DNA of 64,000 nucleotides from Candidatus Saccharimonadota bacterium (GTDB taxonomy: Bacteria > Patescibacteriota > Saccharimonadia > Saccharimonadales > UBA10212), in contig JALHRM010000001.1 of NCBI GenBank assembly GCA_022841445.1, forward strand, positions 323,777 to 387,776, given 5' to 3'. Below are positions 35,105-44,713 of the stretch, in pieces. The notes beneath the pieces were generated by a model that saw only the letters and a program-made list of their open reading frames with translations, ran no database searches and was not told the DNA's origin. Position 1 is the stretch's first letter. The number at the start of each line of letters is the position of its first letter. The position numbers and the translations under genes are program-made.

Positions 35105-37261
35105 ATGGAACCAAAAAAACCACAAAATAGGCCAAACCGACCACAGAACCAGCGCGGCCAAAATCGGCAAGGCGGTAACAATACCCGACCAGCAAACGCA
35201 AATCGGCCGAAAGGCGGTCGCCCGCAACAAAATGGCGGTAGGCCACCCCAAAACGGTAGCCATCCCCAGCAGCGCCCTCAGGGCATCGCGCCGGCAGCGA
35301 ACCGGACAACAAGCCGTGGTGCGGCGATACGCGCCCATAAACGTACCCAAGAAGACGCTCAAAAAGCACTTAGTCAGTACGGGCAGGCAAACATCGCAGA
35401 AAAGCCTCGAATAAGTCTGCTGGAAGACGATACCAGCAAGCTCAAAATTAGTTTCCTTGGTGGCCAGCATGCTATCGGCGAAAAGAACATGCAGGTCATC
35501 GAATGGCAAAACGATGCCATCATCATCGACTGCGGTAACCACTTAGGTGTGGATTTGCCGGGAGTCAACTACACCATCGCTGACACAACGTATCTGGAAA
35601 GTATCAAGCATAAAATCCGTGGCTATATCATTAGCCATGGTCACCTGGATCACCTTGGTGGATTGAAGCACATTGTGCCAAAGTTCCCGGCGCCGATTCA
35701 TGGTTCGCGCTTTACTATCGGCGTCGTCGAAAAGACCTTTGAAGACCTAGGTGTTGAAACCGGCGTTGTCTTTACGCCAAAGACAGTAATTATGAACATG
35801 GACGGTCATGAGCGTCTCAAGCTAGGTGTTTTTATGGTCGAACTTATTCGCATTACTCACTCTGTTCCGGAAAGCAGCGCGATCTGTATTGATACCCCGG
35901 TCGGCAGAGTTATTAATACCGGTGATTGGCGACTTGACCCAGAACCTTTGGACGAAAAGCCAACTGACGTGGAGCGACTCCGACAGCTTGGTGATGGGGG
36001 TGTGCTGCTTATGATGAGCGATAGCACCAACACAACAAAAGCTGGACGTACGCCGACCGAACATACGCTTCAGCAAAGTTTCCATGACATCATAGGCAGG
36101 GCAGAAGGCCGTGTATTCTGCGCCATATTCAGCAGTAATATGAACCGTGTTCAGATGATTGTAAATGCTGCCGTCGAGGCAGGGCGTCGGGTTGCACTTG
36201 ATGGCCGTAGTATGATGAGCTACGCCGAAATCGCAGTCCGCCAGGGGATTCTCAAGATTCCTAAAGGCACAGTGCTCGCTATGCGTGAAATGCCTAACAT
36301 TCCGGAAAATCAGGTGCTTGTCATCTGTACTGGTGGGCAAGGCGAGCCGAATGCGGCGCTGCAGCGCATGGCCGAAGGCACCCACAAACACATTAAGCTA
36401 CAACCAAAAGACACTGTCATCATCAGTTCGACCCCTATCCCGGGTAATGAAGTTCGCTATCAGGAAATCGGTGATGAACTGGCCGAGTTCGGCGTGCATC
36501 TCTACCGCCACCCAACCTTCGAGATCGATAACATTGGGCCGCTGCACGTTTCTGGGCATGCCGCCCGCGACGAATACCGCGAAATCCTGCACATCGTCCG
36601 CCCAAAGTTCTTCCTGCCAGTATACGCAGGGTACCTTAACCGTCGCTATTACCAGGAAATGGCTATCGAGGAAGGCTGGTCACGTGACCGCATCATCATG
36701 GCAAACAATGGTGATAGCATTCTTTTCACAGCAGACAAGTATCAAGAAGGCAACAAGATACCTCACGGTACACTGTTGGTTGACCAAACCGGCACGGTTG
36801 TCAGTAACGTCGTCATTAAAGACCGAATGATGCTGGCCGAAGAAGGTCTCGTAGCAGTGATACTTACTATCGATAAAAAATCTGGTCAGCTGCTTACCAG
36901 CCCAGACATCATCAGTCGTGGGTTCATCTACATGAAAGACAACGAAGAACTGATGAACGCGTTCCGGGCTGAGTTAAGGCGGGCGGTAACCCAGCGCTTC
37001 AAGCGGGTTGACCTTGACCGGTTTAAGGCCGAACTAAAAGACTATGTTACGCATTTTCTGTATGACCAGACCCAGCGCAGCCCTATCGTCATACCAGTTG
37101 TGAATATCATCGGTGGGCGAGGCGAAAAGTCTCCACAAAACAGTTTTGCCGAGAACGCCGAAGCTATAGACCAGCCAAAATCAGCAGAGCAGGTTGCTGC
37201 TGACCAGCAACAGCGCTTTGCCAAACTACGCCAGCAACTGCTCCACCAAGACCAAAAGTAA
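35105..37261 (+). CDS. rnj: ribonuclease J with about 110-aa R/Q/N/P/G-rich N-terminal extension
   Basis: Metallo-beta-lactamase motif YIISHGHLDHLGG, beta-CASP region and C-terminal domain. The N-terminus PKKPQNRPNRPQNQRGQNRQGGNNTRPANANRPKGGRPQQNGGRPPQNG is low-complexity. Confidence 0.9.
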   Translation: MEPKKPQNRPNRPQNQRGQNRQGGNNTRPANANRPKGGRPQQNGGRPPQNGSHPQQRPQGIAPAANRTTSRGAAIRAHKRTQEDAQKALSQYGQANIAEKPRISLLEDDTSKLKISFLGGQHAIGEKNMQVIEWQNDAIIIDCGNHLGVDLPGVNYTIADTTYLESIKHKIRGYIISHGHLDHLGGLKHIVPKFPAPIHGSRFTIGVVEKTFEDLGVETGVVFTPKTVIMNMDGHERLKLGVFMVELIRITHSVPESSAICIDTPVGRVINTGDWRLDPEPLDEKPTDVERLRQLGDGGVLLMMSDSTNTTKAGRTPTEHTLQQSFHDIIGRAEGRVFCAIFSSNMNRVQMIVNAAVEAGRRVALDGRSMMSYAEIAVRQGILKIPKGTVLAMREMPNIPENQVLVICTGGQGEPNAALQRMAEGTHKHIKLQPKDTVIISSTPIPGNEVRYQEIGDELAEFGVHLYRHPTFEIDNIGPLHVSGHAARDEYREILHIVRPKFFLPVYAGYLNRRYYQEMAIEEGWSRDRIIMANNGDSILFTADKYQEGNKIPHGTLLVDQTGTVVSNVVIKDRMMLAEEGLVAVILTIDKKSGQLLTSPDIISRGFIYMKDNEELMNAFRAELRRAVTQRFKRVDLDRFKAELKDYVTHFLYDQTQRSPIVIPVVNIIGGRGEKSPQNSFAENAEAIDQPKSAEQVAADQQQRFAKLRQQLLHQDQK

Positions 37262-37298
37262 ACTTCGGAATAGAGGCTAGCCTAGTCAAGGACTAAGA

Positions 37299-37616
37299 TT
37301 AAGCCGTATGTTGGTTTTGTACGGCTAAGAGCGGGGCGGCGGGTCGTATTGTAACTTCCTTGTGGATTTCTTCCGCATGCTGCAAGCTCGCTACGTGATA
37401 AGCCTCGCCCAGCTGTGCTGCCACTGCACCCAACAGTTCAGGGGCACTTAAATTTCCAGTGCCACCGATCGCTATACACAAACGAGCTAAGTGCGCGAAT
37501 CGATGCCTCACACCCTCAATACCGGGGCCGTGAATACTATTTGCCGCATCTAACCCTCGTAAAAAATGTGCCCCACTAAAGGGAACCGGTTCACCGGTAT
37601 GTATGCTCATTGTCAT
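37299..37616 (-). CDS. small hypothetical protein (105 aa), lone minus-strand ORF
   Basis: ORF between rnj and ftsK with no known motif. Coding status is uncertain. Confidence 0.3.
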   Translation of the reverse strand: MTMSIHTGEPVPFSGAHFLRGLDAANSIHGPGIEGVRHRFAHLARLCIAIGGTGNLSAPELLGAVAAQLGEAYHVASLQHAEEIHKEVTIRPAAPLLAVQNQHTA

Positions 37617-37652
37617 CTAGCGTAGTATAAGTCGAACAAGTAAACAATACAC

Positions 37653-37682
37653 TTGACCGGGTAGCTATAAACATGTTATAAT
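37653..37682 (+). promoter_or_regulatory. sigma-70 promoter with extended -10 (ftsK)
   Basis: TTGACC (37653-37658), 18-nt spacer, TGt-TATAAT (37674-37682). Confidence 0.55.
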
Positions 37683-37747
37683 TACAACGTTATGCTAATC
37701 ATAAGCTAACATAAAAACATCTTAAAATAGGCTATACTAAAACGCAT

Positions 37748-39979
37748 ATGGCTAAAAAATCTAAAAAGAAAAAGTCGTCCAAGGCTGCACCAAAGCAAGT
37801 CCAGGCAAAAGCACCATCAATGTTTTGGCGTGGTGCCGGGGCAGTATTTTTGATTATCCTGGCGATATTTTTAGTGTTCGGTGCGGTTACATCAGCTCCT
37901 TTACCGAAAGGTGCATGGGACGCTGCCTGGTGGGTGTTTGGCATCGGGGCAATACTTGTACCACCAGCTCTGTTGTATTTTGGACTAATCAAGTTTATAA
38001 CCGAAGAGCATAAGGTGCCATTCGCTAAGCTCCTGACGATCATGGGCGGTTTAGTTGTTTTTTCGGCTATTGCCGAAGCGTTATTTGCGACCACAAATCA
38101 GCAAGTGCAGGCCGAATCTACTGGCGGTTACGGTGGTATTGTTGGCATGTTGCTCGGGGGTGCGCTTGTCGGTCTGCTCGGTAAGTTTCTGACGGTAGCG
38201 CTGCTTGGAGTTATCTTCATAGTTCTTGCATTTTTGACGTTCAATATTTCGTTCAGAGACTTGTTTACTAAACTCAAACGCGAAAAGTCAGAAGACGAAG
38301 GCGAAGAAGACCTTGCTAAGTTAAAGAAACGAGCCGGTTTTGCCGTTAATGAGGGTGTGCCAGTTGAGCATCATGAGCCAGCCGTTGAGAAACCTGCGCC
38401 AAAAATGGCTAGCCTAAAGAATACGGCGCAGAAACTCACCGGAACTGAAGATCACGCCGCATTAACGACAGCTAGCGACCCGAATTGGCAGTTTCCGCCA
38501 CTCAATTTATTAAATCAAAAACAGGACAAGGCAGACGCTGGTAATGTGCAGGGTAATGCCGAATCAATTAAGGAAACATTTAGTCACTTTAATATCAATG
38601 TCGATGTTGAAGGTGCAAATGTTGGCCCACGGGTAACACAGTATACACTTAAGCCACCATCTGGCGTTAAGCTCACTAAACTCACAGCCCTTGAAGGCAA
38701 CTTGGCGCTTGACCTTGCGGCATCAAGCATTCGGATGGAAGCACCGATTCCTGGCAAAAGAGCGGTAGGTATTGAAGTGCCGAATGTCAAAGCAGCTACT
38801 GTCACGATGCATGGGCTTATAACCAGCAGGGAATGGCGCGAAATAAGCAGCCCACTTGGGTTTGCTATCGGTAAAGACATTGCCGGAGTTCCTGTAGTCG
38901 GAGACCTTGCCCGGATGCCACACCTGCTCATTGCCGGTCAGACCGGGTCTGGTAAGAGTGTGATGATTAATGCATTTATAACCAGCTTGCTATACCGTAA
39001 CAGCCCGTCAGATCTTAAGCTGATATTAGTTGACCCTAAGCAGGTTGAAATGGCCTTGTACCGCGATATTCCGCATCTGTTGGCACCTGTGGTGAACGAG
39101 CCTGAAAAGTGCATCAGTGCACTTAAATGGGCAGTGGCGGAAATGGAGCGACGACTCAAGGCCTTTGCTGATGAAGGGCGACGTAACATTGCCGAGTACA
39201 ACAAGCTCAAGGCCGAAGAAGGAATGCCTTACATCGTCATTGTCATTGACGAGTTGGCCGACCTGATGATGATGGCCGCCCGCGATGTCGAGGCCTTGAT
39301 TGTTCGTCTTGCCCAAAAGGCTCGCGCTGCCGGTATTCACTTAGTGCTTGCCACACAGCGCCCAAGTGTCGATGTTATTACCGGGCTTATCAAAGCCAAT
39401 GTACCGGCACGTATCGCGTTCACGGTGGTCAGCCAGGTAGACAGCCGTACTATTATTGACCAGGTTGGAGCAGAAAAATTGCTTGGCCGGGGTGATTTGC
39501 TGTACAACACAGCTGAATTTACCAAGCCAATACGTGTACAAGGTGCGTTGATGAGTGACGACGAAACAAACAAAGTTTGCGATTTTCTACGCTCCCAGGC
39601 GCCGCCTAACTACAATGACGAAGTGATTAGTCAGCCAGTCCAGTTGAATGGTAAGGGCGGAGTTGTTGCACCGATGAGTGGGGGCGATGATGCAGATGAT
39701 GATTTATGGCAAGATGCGGTAAGAGTCGTTGTTGAAACTCGTAAGGCTAGCACTAGCCTACTCCAGCGTAAACTGCGGGTTGGGTACGGTCGTGCGAGTC
39801 GCCTGATGGACATGATGGAAGAACAGGGTATTATTGGCGCTGCCGATGGTGCTAAGCCGCGTGATGTACTAGTGAGCAGTATGGACGAAGTATTTGCACC
39901 AGCTACTCCTGCGAATAGTAGTGACGATCAAGGCGATGTTTACGACGACATGCCAGATGATCGTAAAATTCAGGGCTAA
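37748..39979 (+). CDS. ftsK: DNA translocase FtsK
   Basis: N-terminal 4 TM, linker, motor domain with Walker A IAGQTGSGKSV and Walker B VIDELADLMM, and gamma winged helix LLQRKLRVGYGRASRLMDMMEEQGIIG. Confidence 0.9.
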   Translation: MAKKSKKKKSSKAAPKQVQAKAPSMFWRGAGAVFLIILAIFLVFGAVTSAPLPKGAWDAAWWVFGIGAILVPPALLYFGLIKFITEEHKVPFAKLLTIMGGLVVFSAIAEALFATTNQQVQAESTGGYGGIVGMLLGGALVGLLGKFLTVALLGVIFIVLAFLTFNISFRDLFTKLKREKSEDEGEEDLAKLKKRAGFAVNEGVPVEHHEPAVEKPAPKMASLKNTAQKLTGTEDHAALTTASDPNWQFPPLNLLNQKQDKADAGNVQGNAESIKETFSHFNINVDVEGANVGPRVTQYTLKPPSGVKLTKLTALEGNLALDLAASSIRMEAPIPGKRAVGIEVPNVKAATVTMHGLITSREWREISSPLGFAIGKDIAGVPVVGDLARMPHLLIAGQTGSGKSVMINAFITSLLYRNSPSDLKLILVDPKQVEMALYRDIPHLLAPVVNEPEKCISALKWAVAEMERRLKAFADEGRRNIAEYNKLKAEEGMPYIVIVIDELADLMMMAARDVEALIVRLAQKARAAGIHLVLATQRPSVDVITGLIKANVPARIAFTVVSQVDSRTIIDQVGAEKLLGRGDLLYNTAEFTKPIRVQGALMSDDETNKVCDFLRSQAPPNYNDEVISQPVQLNGKGGVVAPMSGGDDADDDLWQDAVRVVVETRKASTSLLQRKLRVGYGRASRLMDMMEEQGIIGAADGAKPRDVLVSSMDEVFAPATPANSSDDQGDVYDDMPDDRKIQG

Positions 39980-40025
39980 CTTGACTCCTTTAATAAAAGT
40001 ATTATAGTTGCTTCAAAGGAATAAT

Positions 40026-40322
40026 ATGGGACCAGAAGGTTTTAGTATATTTAGTGATGCACTAGAGGGGCTAGAGGATACCGAGCTTTTGACGGAAGTT
40101 CCTAGTCCAGACCAAGAAATTACGGGTATTATGTTGCTTACTTCTAGTCCGACAGCTGTTCATGAGCGCCTTGGGCAATTGGGAATAGTGGAACGCTGGA
40201 TTGATCCAGAGTGCCATCAAGGCCATGTGGATCCAAATCCTAAGTTGCGTATGAAATTACGTATTAATCAGCGTAGTTCTGGCTACAACCTACTTGTATA
40301 TGAAGAAATCCCAATCGACTAA
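40026..40322 (+). CDS. small hypothetical protein (98 aa)
   Basis: RBS AAGGA then ATG 40026. No known motif. It ends 3 nt from the convergent ahcY stop. Confidence 0.35.
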   Translation: MGPEGFSIFSDALEGLEDTELLTEVPSPDQEITGIMLLTSSPTAVHERLGQLGIVERWIDPECHQGHVDPNPKLRMKLRINQRSSGYNLLVYEEIPID

Positions 40323-40325
40323 TCA

Positions 40326-41678
40326 CTAGTATCGGTAGTGTTCGGGTTTGAATGGTCCGTCATTAGAAACACTGATGTAGTCGGCTTGTTCGGGCGTTAG
40401 TTTGGTAAGTTTACCGCCCAGAGCTTCAACATGTAGTTTGGCTACTTTTTCGTCTAGCTCTTTTGGCAAGAGGTATATGCCGACCTCGTAGTCGTTATTC
40501 CAGATATCGAGCTGAGCCATAACTTGGTTGCTGAATGAGTTGCTCATGACGAATGATGGGTGTCCGGTGGCGCAGCCTAGATTTACGAGGCGGCCTTCGG
40601 CGAGAATGATAATCCGGTGACCGTCAGGGAAGGTGTACAGGTCGACTTGGGGTTTTACTTCGTCCTTCACGATTCCAGGAAAAGTGTTAAGTTGTTCAAT
40701 CTGGATTTCGATGTCGAAGTGGCCAATGTTACAGACTATGGCCGTGTCCTTCATGTTTTTCATGTGTTCGATGGTGATGATGTCACGGCAACCGGTGGCG
40801 GTCACAAAGATGTCACCTTCTTTTACGGCTTCATCCATGGTGACTACTTCGAAACCTTCCATCATGGCTTGGAGGGCACAGATAGGGTCGATTTCGGTGA
40901 CGAGCACTCGGCAGCCATAGCTTTGTAGTGATTGGGCGGAACCTTTGCCGACGTCGCCATATCCGGCGACAACGGCGACTTTGCCAGCCAGCATAATGTC
41001 GGTGGCGCGCTTAAGTCCATCTGCCAGTGATTCGCGGCAGCCATATTTGTTATCGAACTTACTCTTGGTGACAGAATCATTAACATTAATTGCTGGAATT
41101 TTGAGTTTCCCCTCGGCAAGCATCTTGTTTAGATGGTGAATACCGGTGGTAGTTTCCTCTGACACACCCTTTATACCTTCTAGCATTTCGGGGTGCTTTT
41201 CGTGTACCCATGTCGTTAAGTCGCTGCCATCATCAAGCAGCATGTTGGGCGTCTCTCCGTTCTCAAAGTACAGTGTCTTTTCAATACAATCCCAGTATTC
41301 TTCCTCTGTTTCACCCTTCCAGGCAAACACGGGGATGCCGACTGCGGCGATTGCGGCAGCGGCCTGGTCTTGGGTGCTGAAGATGTTGCATGATGACCAT
41401 CGTACATCGGCACCCAAGTCGATAAGTGTTTCAATCAATACGGCAGTCTGAATGGTCATGTGTAGCGACCCGGCAATCCGTGCACCGGCTAATGGTTTCT
41501 TGTCTTTATATTCGGCTCGGAGTGCCATCAAACCTGGCATTTCTTTCTCAGCCAGAGTTATTTCTTTGCGACCCCATTCTGCCAGGCTGATGTCGGCGAC
41601 TTTGTAATCTTTGTCCGGTGCCGCGGCAACGGCCTCGGTGGTATCGGTTGGTGCTGTACTAGTTGAAGTTGTGTTCAT
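40326..41678 (-). CDS. ahcY: adenosylhomocysteinase
   Basis: [44 protein letters not shown] (NAD site), HFDIEI, HPSFVMS and a C-terminal ...KPEHYRY. Confidence 0.95.
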   Translation of the reverse strand: MNTTSTSTAPTDTTEAVAAAPDKDYKVADISLAEWGRKEITLAEKEMPGLMALRAEYKDKKPLAGARIAGSLHMTIQTAVLIETLIDLGADVRWSSCNIFSTQDQAAAAIAAVGIPVFAWKGETEEEYWDCIEKTLYFENGETPNMLLDDGSDLTTWVHEKHPEMLEGIKGVSEETTTGIHHLNKMLAEGKLKIPAINVNDSVTKSKFDNKYGCRESLADGLKRATDIMLAGKVAVVAGYGDVGKGSAQSLQSYGCRVLVTEIDPICALQAMMEGFEVVTMDEAVKEGDIFVTATGCRDIITIEHMKNMKDTAIVCNIGHFDIEIQIEQLNTFPGIVKDEVKPQVDLYTFPDGHRIIILAEGRLVNLGCATGHPSFVMSNSFSNQVMAQLDIWNNDYEVGIYLLPKELDEKVAKLHVEALGGKLTKLTPEQADYISVSNDGPFKPEHYRY

Positions 41679-42597
41679 ACCTTAATTCTACCTCATCCTT
41701 GTTGAAGTTATGTTCCTGGGTGCCGAGGTGTTCAATGGCATAGGCGGCACAGACTGCGCCGTAACGGGCACACTTTTCTAAATCCGACCCATGCAGGTAT
41801 TGGTATAGGAATCCGGCGCGGTAGGCATCCCCAGCACCCGTTAAATCGACAATTTTATCAGGTTTCACGCTGCCAACATTAATGGCCTCGGGAACATTTT
41901 TGCCTTCTATGACCGAGCCGTCTTCGCCCAGTGTGGTGACAAGCACAGGAATTTTGCTTTTTAATTCTTCAGCGCTCAGGCCGGTTTTGGTGACAATAAC
42001 TTGCAGTTCAAAGTCGTTGACTATGAGTAATTCAGCAGCTTCGATACCTTCAATGATGTCTTCGGCATCGATGTTATTTGCTTGTTGGCCGACATCGTAT
42101 AAAAGTCGAAACCCATACTTTTTGCACTCTGCAACTTGTTGCTTCATCATTTTTGGGTCGTGCGGAGCTATGACGACAAAAGGTTGGGAATCTTTCCATT
42201 TTTCGAGAGATAAGGCGCCGCTGTCGAACATGGCTCCGGGATAGAAGCCGCCGATTTGGTGGCCGACACTATCACCAATGACAGTGAAACTACCAGTTGG
42301 TTTATCGGATACATGTATGTTTTGCGTATCGATGCCAAGGGAAGTTAGTGACGAGATGTATTCTTCAGCGTCAGCGCCAACCGAGCCAAACAGCAACGGT
42401 TTTTCACCGAGCATGGCTATCGAATAAGCAATGTTGGCGGCCACGCCACCGCGTGTGTCGCGTAACTCGTCCAACAGTATCGAAACAGATAATGAGTGTA
42501 AGTTATCAGGTTTGATATGGGTGAGGTAATCGCCATCGAACGTAGCGATTCTATCGACTGCAATGGAGCCGGTAATAATTAAGGGTACTTCGTTCAC
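41659..42597 (-). CDS. PfkB-family ribokinase-like kinase (adenosine kinase candidate)
   Basis: GGVAANIAY early motif and the [13 protein letters not shown] PfkB signature 2. Its 3' end overlaps the ahcY start by 20 nt. Confidence 0.75.
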   Translation of the reverse strand: MNEVPLIITGSIAVDRIATFDGDYLTHIKPDNLHSLSVSILLDELRDTRGGVAANIAYSIAMLGEKPLLFGSVGADAEEYISSLTSLGIDTQNIHVSDKPTGSFTVIGDSVGHQIGGFYPGAMFDSGALSLEKWKDSQPFVVIAPHDPKMMKQQVAECKKYGFRLLYDVGQQANNIDAEDIIEGIEAAELLIVNDFELQVIVTKTGLSAEELKSKIPVLVTTLGEDGSVIEGKNVPEAINVGSVKPDKIVDLTGAGDAYRAGFLYQYLHGSDLEKCARYGAVCAAYAIEHLGTQEHNFNKDEVELRYEHNFN

Positions 42598-42643
42598 CTA
42601 TCAATAGTATCAGCCTAGACAAAGCGATGCCAAGGTTATTATA

Positions 42644-42672
42644 TTGACAAATAAGCAATAGCATGATAATAT
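42644..42672 (+). promoter_or_regulatory. consensus sigma-70 promoter with extended -10
   Basis: TTGACA (42644-42649), 17-nt spacer containing TGa, TAATAT (42667-42672). Confidence 0.6.
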
Positions 42673-42716
42673 TTGCAAGCTATATTATAAACATAAATTA
42701 AATTAAGAAAAACATA

Positions 42717-43157
42717 ATGTCTGAAACGCCACAATTTAGCCCTTCTCCAGTTAATATTGCTACCCAAATGCAACCAGCGTTTGATGCCGCTAAAAAAATA
42801 GAAGGCATGAACCCAGTACTGTATGGCGCCCCAAATAGAGTTATAGAAGAAGCGCGTAGCCCCATAAGTCCTGACTCAGTATCTGTAGGCAGAAGTGTAA
42901 ACAGAGGAGAAATTGAACGAGTAGATGCCAGATCGGAGGTTCAAACTCCTCTTGGAACAGTGGTACGATATGGATACAGTGAGGAAAATAATTTTCGTAA
43001 AATTATAGGCGCTGAAACGAAACTTTATGATGATACTGGAAGAGAAATTGCTAAATCTAATAGCGATGTTCCTGAAGCAGTTTCTCTGGCTGCGAAAATT
43101 GCCACCAACCGAGTTGTTGCTAAAGTTGAAGAATACAATTCATCCAGAGCAGCCTAA
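42717..43157 (+). CDS. hypothetical protein (orphan, 146 aa)
   Basis: ORF behind the strong promoter, with no SD and no known motif. Confidence 0.4.
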   Translation: MSETPQFSPSPVNIATQMQPAFDAAKKIEGMNPVLYGAPNRVIEEARSPISPDSVSVGRSVNRGEIERVDARSEVQTPLGTVVRYGYSEENNFRKIIGAETKLYDDTGREIAKSNSDVPEAVSLAAKIATNRVVAKVEEYNSSRAA

Positions 43158-43174
43158 ACAACTCATAATCGGTT

Positions 43175-43203
43175 TTGACAAACAGGGGTGAGTACTGTAT
43201 AGT
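43175..43203 (+). promoter_or_regulatory. consensus sigma-70 promoter of the rpsF-ssb-rpsR operon
   Basis: TTGACA (43175-43180), 17-nt spacer, TATAGT (43198-43203). Confidence 0.65.
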
Positions 43204-43285
43204 TACATCTGTTAATAACTAACTTCAGGTTGCCACGAACTCATTAGGTGGGCAGCTTAGAAACCAAAGGAAGGGTTCAAATATT

Positions 43286-43675
43286 TTGAACGAGTATGAA
43301 ATTGCCGTTCTGTACCATCCTGATCTAGAAGTAGATCTGGAAAAGGGCAGTAAGCGGGTAGAAAAAATCTTCGCCGACAATGGCGCAAAAATCACTAACA
43401 GCGATAACTGGGGCAAACGCAAGCTGGCGTATACCATCAAGGGCGAAGACCACGCTGTGTACGTTATTTACACCGTACAGATTCCCGGTGCTAATGTCGC
43501 CAAAATCGAGCAGACGCTCAACATTACGGATGAGGTTATTCGTTTTCTCATCACACGACCTGACTTGAAGGCAATCGCTAAAGCCGAAGCTCTAAAAGTC
43601 CTCAAGGCTAAGAAAGCTGCCGAACGCGGTGATGCCGACAAAGAAGACGAAGAAGAATCCGACAGCGAAGAGTAG
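43286..43675 (+). CDS. rpsF: 30S ribosomal protein S6 (acidic C-terminal tail)
   Basis: RBS AAAGGAAGGG then TTG 43286. NEYEIAVLYHPDLE...WGKRKLAYTIKGEDHAVYV. Tail DADKEDEEESDSEE. Confidence 0.9.
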   Translation: MNEYEIAVLYHPDLEVDLEKGSKRVEKIFADNGAKITNSDNWGKRKLAYTIKGEDHAVYVIYTVQIPGANVAKIEQTLNITDEVIRFLITRPDLKAIAKAEALKVLKAKKAAERGDADKEDEEESDSEE

Positions 43676-43733
43676 TATAATGAAGGTACAAATTAACTAG
43701 GTAAGACATAGTTCTTATAAGGAGGATGCCAAT

Positions 43734-44210
43734 ATGGCTCGATCATTCAACCAGGTAACACTAATGGGGAATCTAACCCGCGACCCCGAACTGCGCACTA
43801 CGCCTAATGGCCAAAGTGTTTGCAGTTTCAGCCTGGCGCTTAACCGTAGCTACAAAGGCTCGGACGGCAACTGGCAAGAAGCGACCGATTTTATCGATGT
43901 TGTTGCTTGGGGGCCGCTTGGCGAGCGAGTCTCACAGTATTTAAGCAAAGGTCGTCCAGCGTTAGTGAGCGGGAGATTGCAGAGCCGGGCGTGGGAACAG
44001 GATGGGCAAAAGCGCAGCAAAGTCGAAGTGGTTGCCCAAGACGTTACATTCCTTGGCGGACCAGGCGGTGGCAGTGCTCCGTCTGGTGATGACGGCGGGT
44101 CAACTGACGCTCCGGCAGCATCTGCAAAACCTGCATCAAAGAAGAAAGAAGACGTCGTTATCGAAGATATCGGCGACGAACCAATTAATTTAGACGATAT
44201 TCCATTCTAA
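43734..44210 (+). CDS. ssb: single-stranded DNA-binding protein
   Basis: FNQVTLMGNLTRDPELRTTPNG OB fold, a Gly/Ala-rich linker and a C-terminal acidic tip LDDIPF. Confidence 0.95.
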   Translation: MARSFNQVTLMGNLTRDPELRTTPNGQSVCSFSLALNRSYKGSDGNWQEATDFIDVVAWGPLGERVSQYLSKGRPALVSGRLQSRAWEQDGQKRSKVEVVAQDVTFLGGPGGGSAPSGDDGGSTDAPAASAKPASKKKEDVVIEDIGDEPINLDDIPF

Positions 44211-44223
44211 GGAGAACAATTTT

Positions 44224-44427
44224 ATGGCAAAAATATTTAAACATCGAACCGACATCGCGTACTTCGACTACAAGGACTTCAAGACCTTGCAGCGGTACGT
44301 CAACCAATATGGCCAGATTGAAAGCCGCAAGAAGACTGGTTTAACCGAAAGCAAACAGCGACAACTGGCGCGGGCTATCAAGCGCGCTCGTCACATCGCA
44401 CTGCTGCCTTTCGTTGCAAGCAATTAG
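44224..44427 (+). CDS. rpsR: 30S ribosomal protein S18
   Basis: DYKDFKTLQRYVNQYGQIESRKKTGLTESKQRQLARAIKRARHIALLPF. Confidence 0.9.
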   Translation: MAKIFKHRTDIAYFDYKDFKTLQRYVNQYGQIESRKKTGLTESKQRQLARAIKRARHIALLPFVASN

Positions 44428-44434
44428 GGATTTA

Positions 44435-44707
44435 ATGAGAACAGAGTCCGCTATGTTAAAATTACGTGAATTTGTTGACCGTCTGCACGGTGATCGAACT
44501 AGTCCTGCTGGTATATTTGGTCCAAGCAGTTTAGTGGAAGTTCAGACGTTGGAGCTAAAGACTGCATTTGCGGAATGGTACATTGATGCGGGTGATAGAA
44601 ATAAGAAATCAGATTTTCATAGTGCACTACTGTCTGCACATGCTGCATCCGTAATTACGGATAGTGAATTGGATTACTGTGAAGCGTTACTTAACCAAGG
44701 AAAATAA
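44435..44707 (+). CDS. small hypothetical helical protein
   Basis: ATG 44435 (MRTESAMLKLREF...) lies just after the rpsR stop. No known motif. Confidence 0.35.
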   Translation: MRTESAMLKLREFVDRLHGDRTSPAGIFGPSSLVEVQTLELKTAFAEWYIDAGDRNKKSDFHSALLSAHAASVITDSELDYCEALLNQGK

Positions 44708-44713
44708 TTAAAC

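Noticed and set aside
42921-42950. tRNA T-arm-like sequence GGAGGTTCAAACTCCTC
   Set aside because: There is no matching 7-bp acceptor stem, D-arm or anticodon arm in the flanks, and the G53-C61 pair is not formed. It lies inside an ORF. I found no tRNA anywhere in the window.
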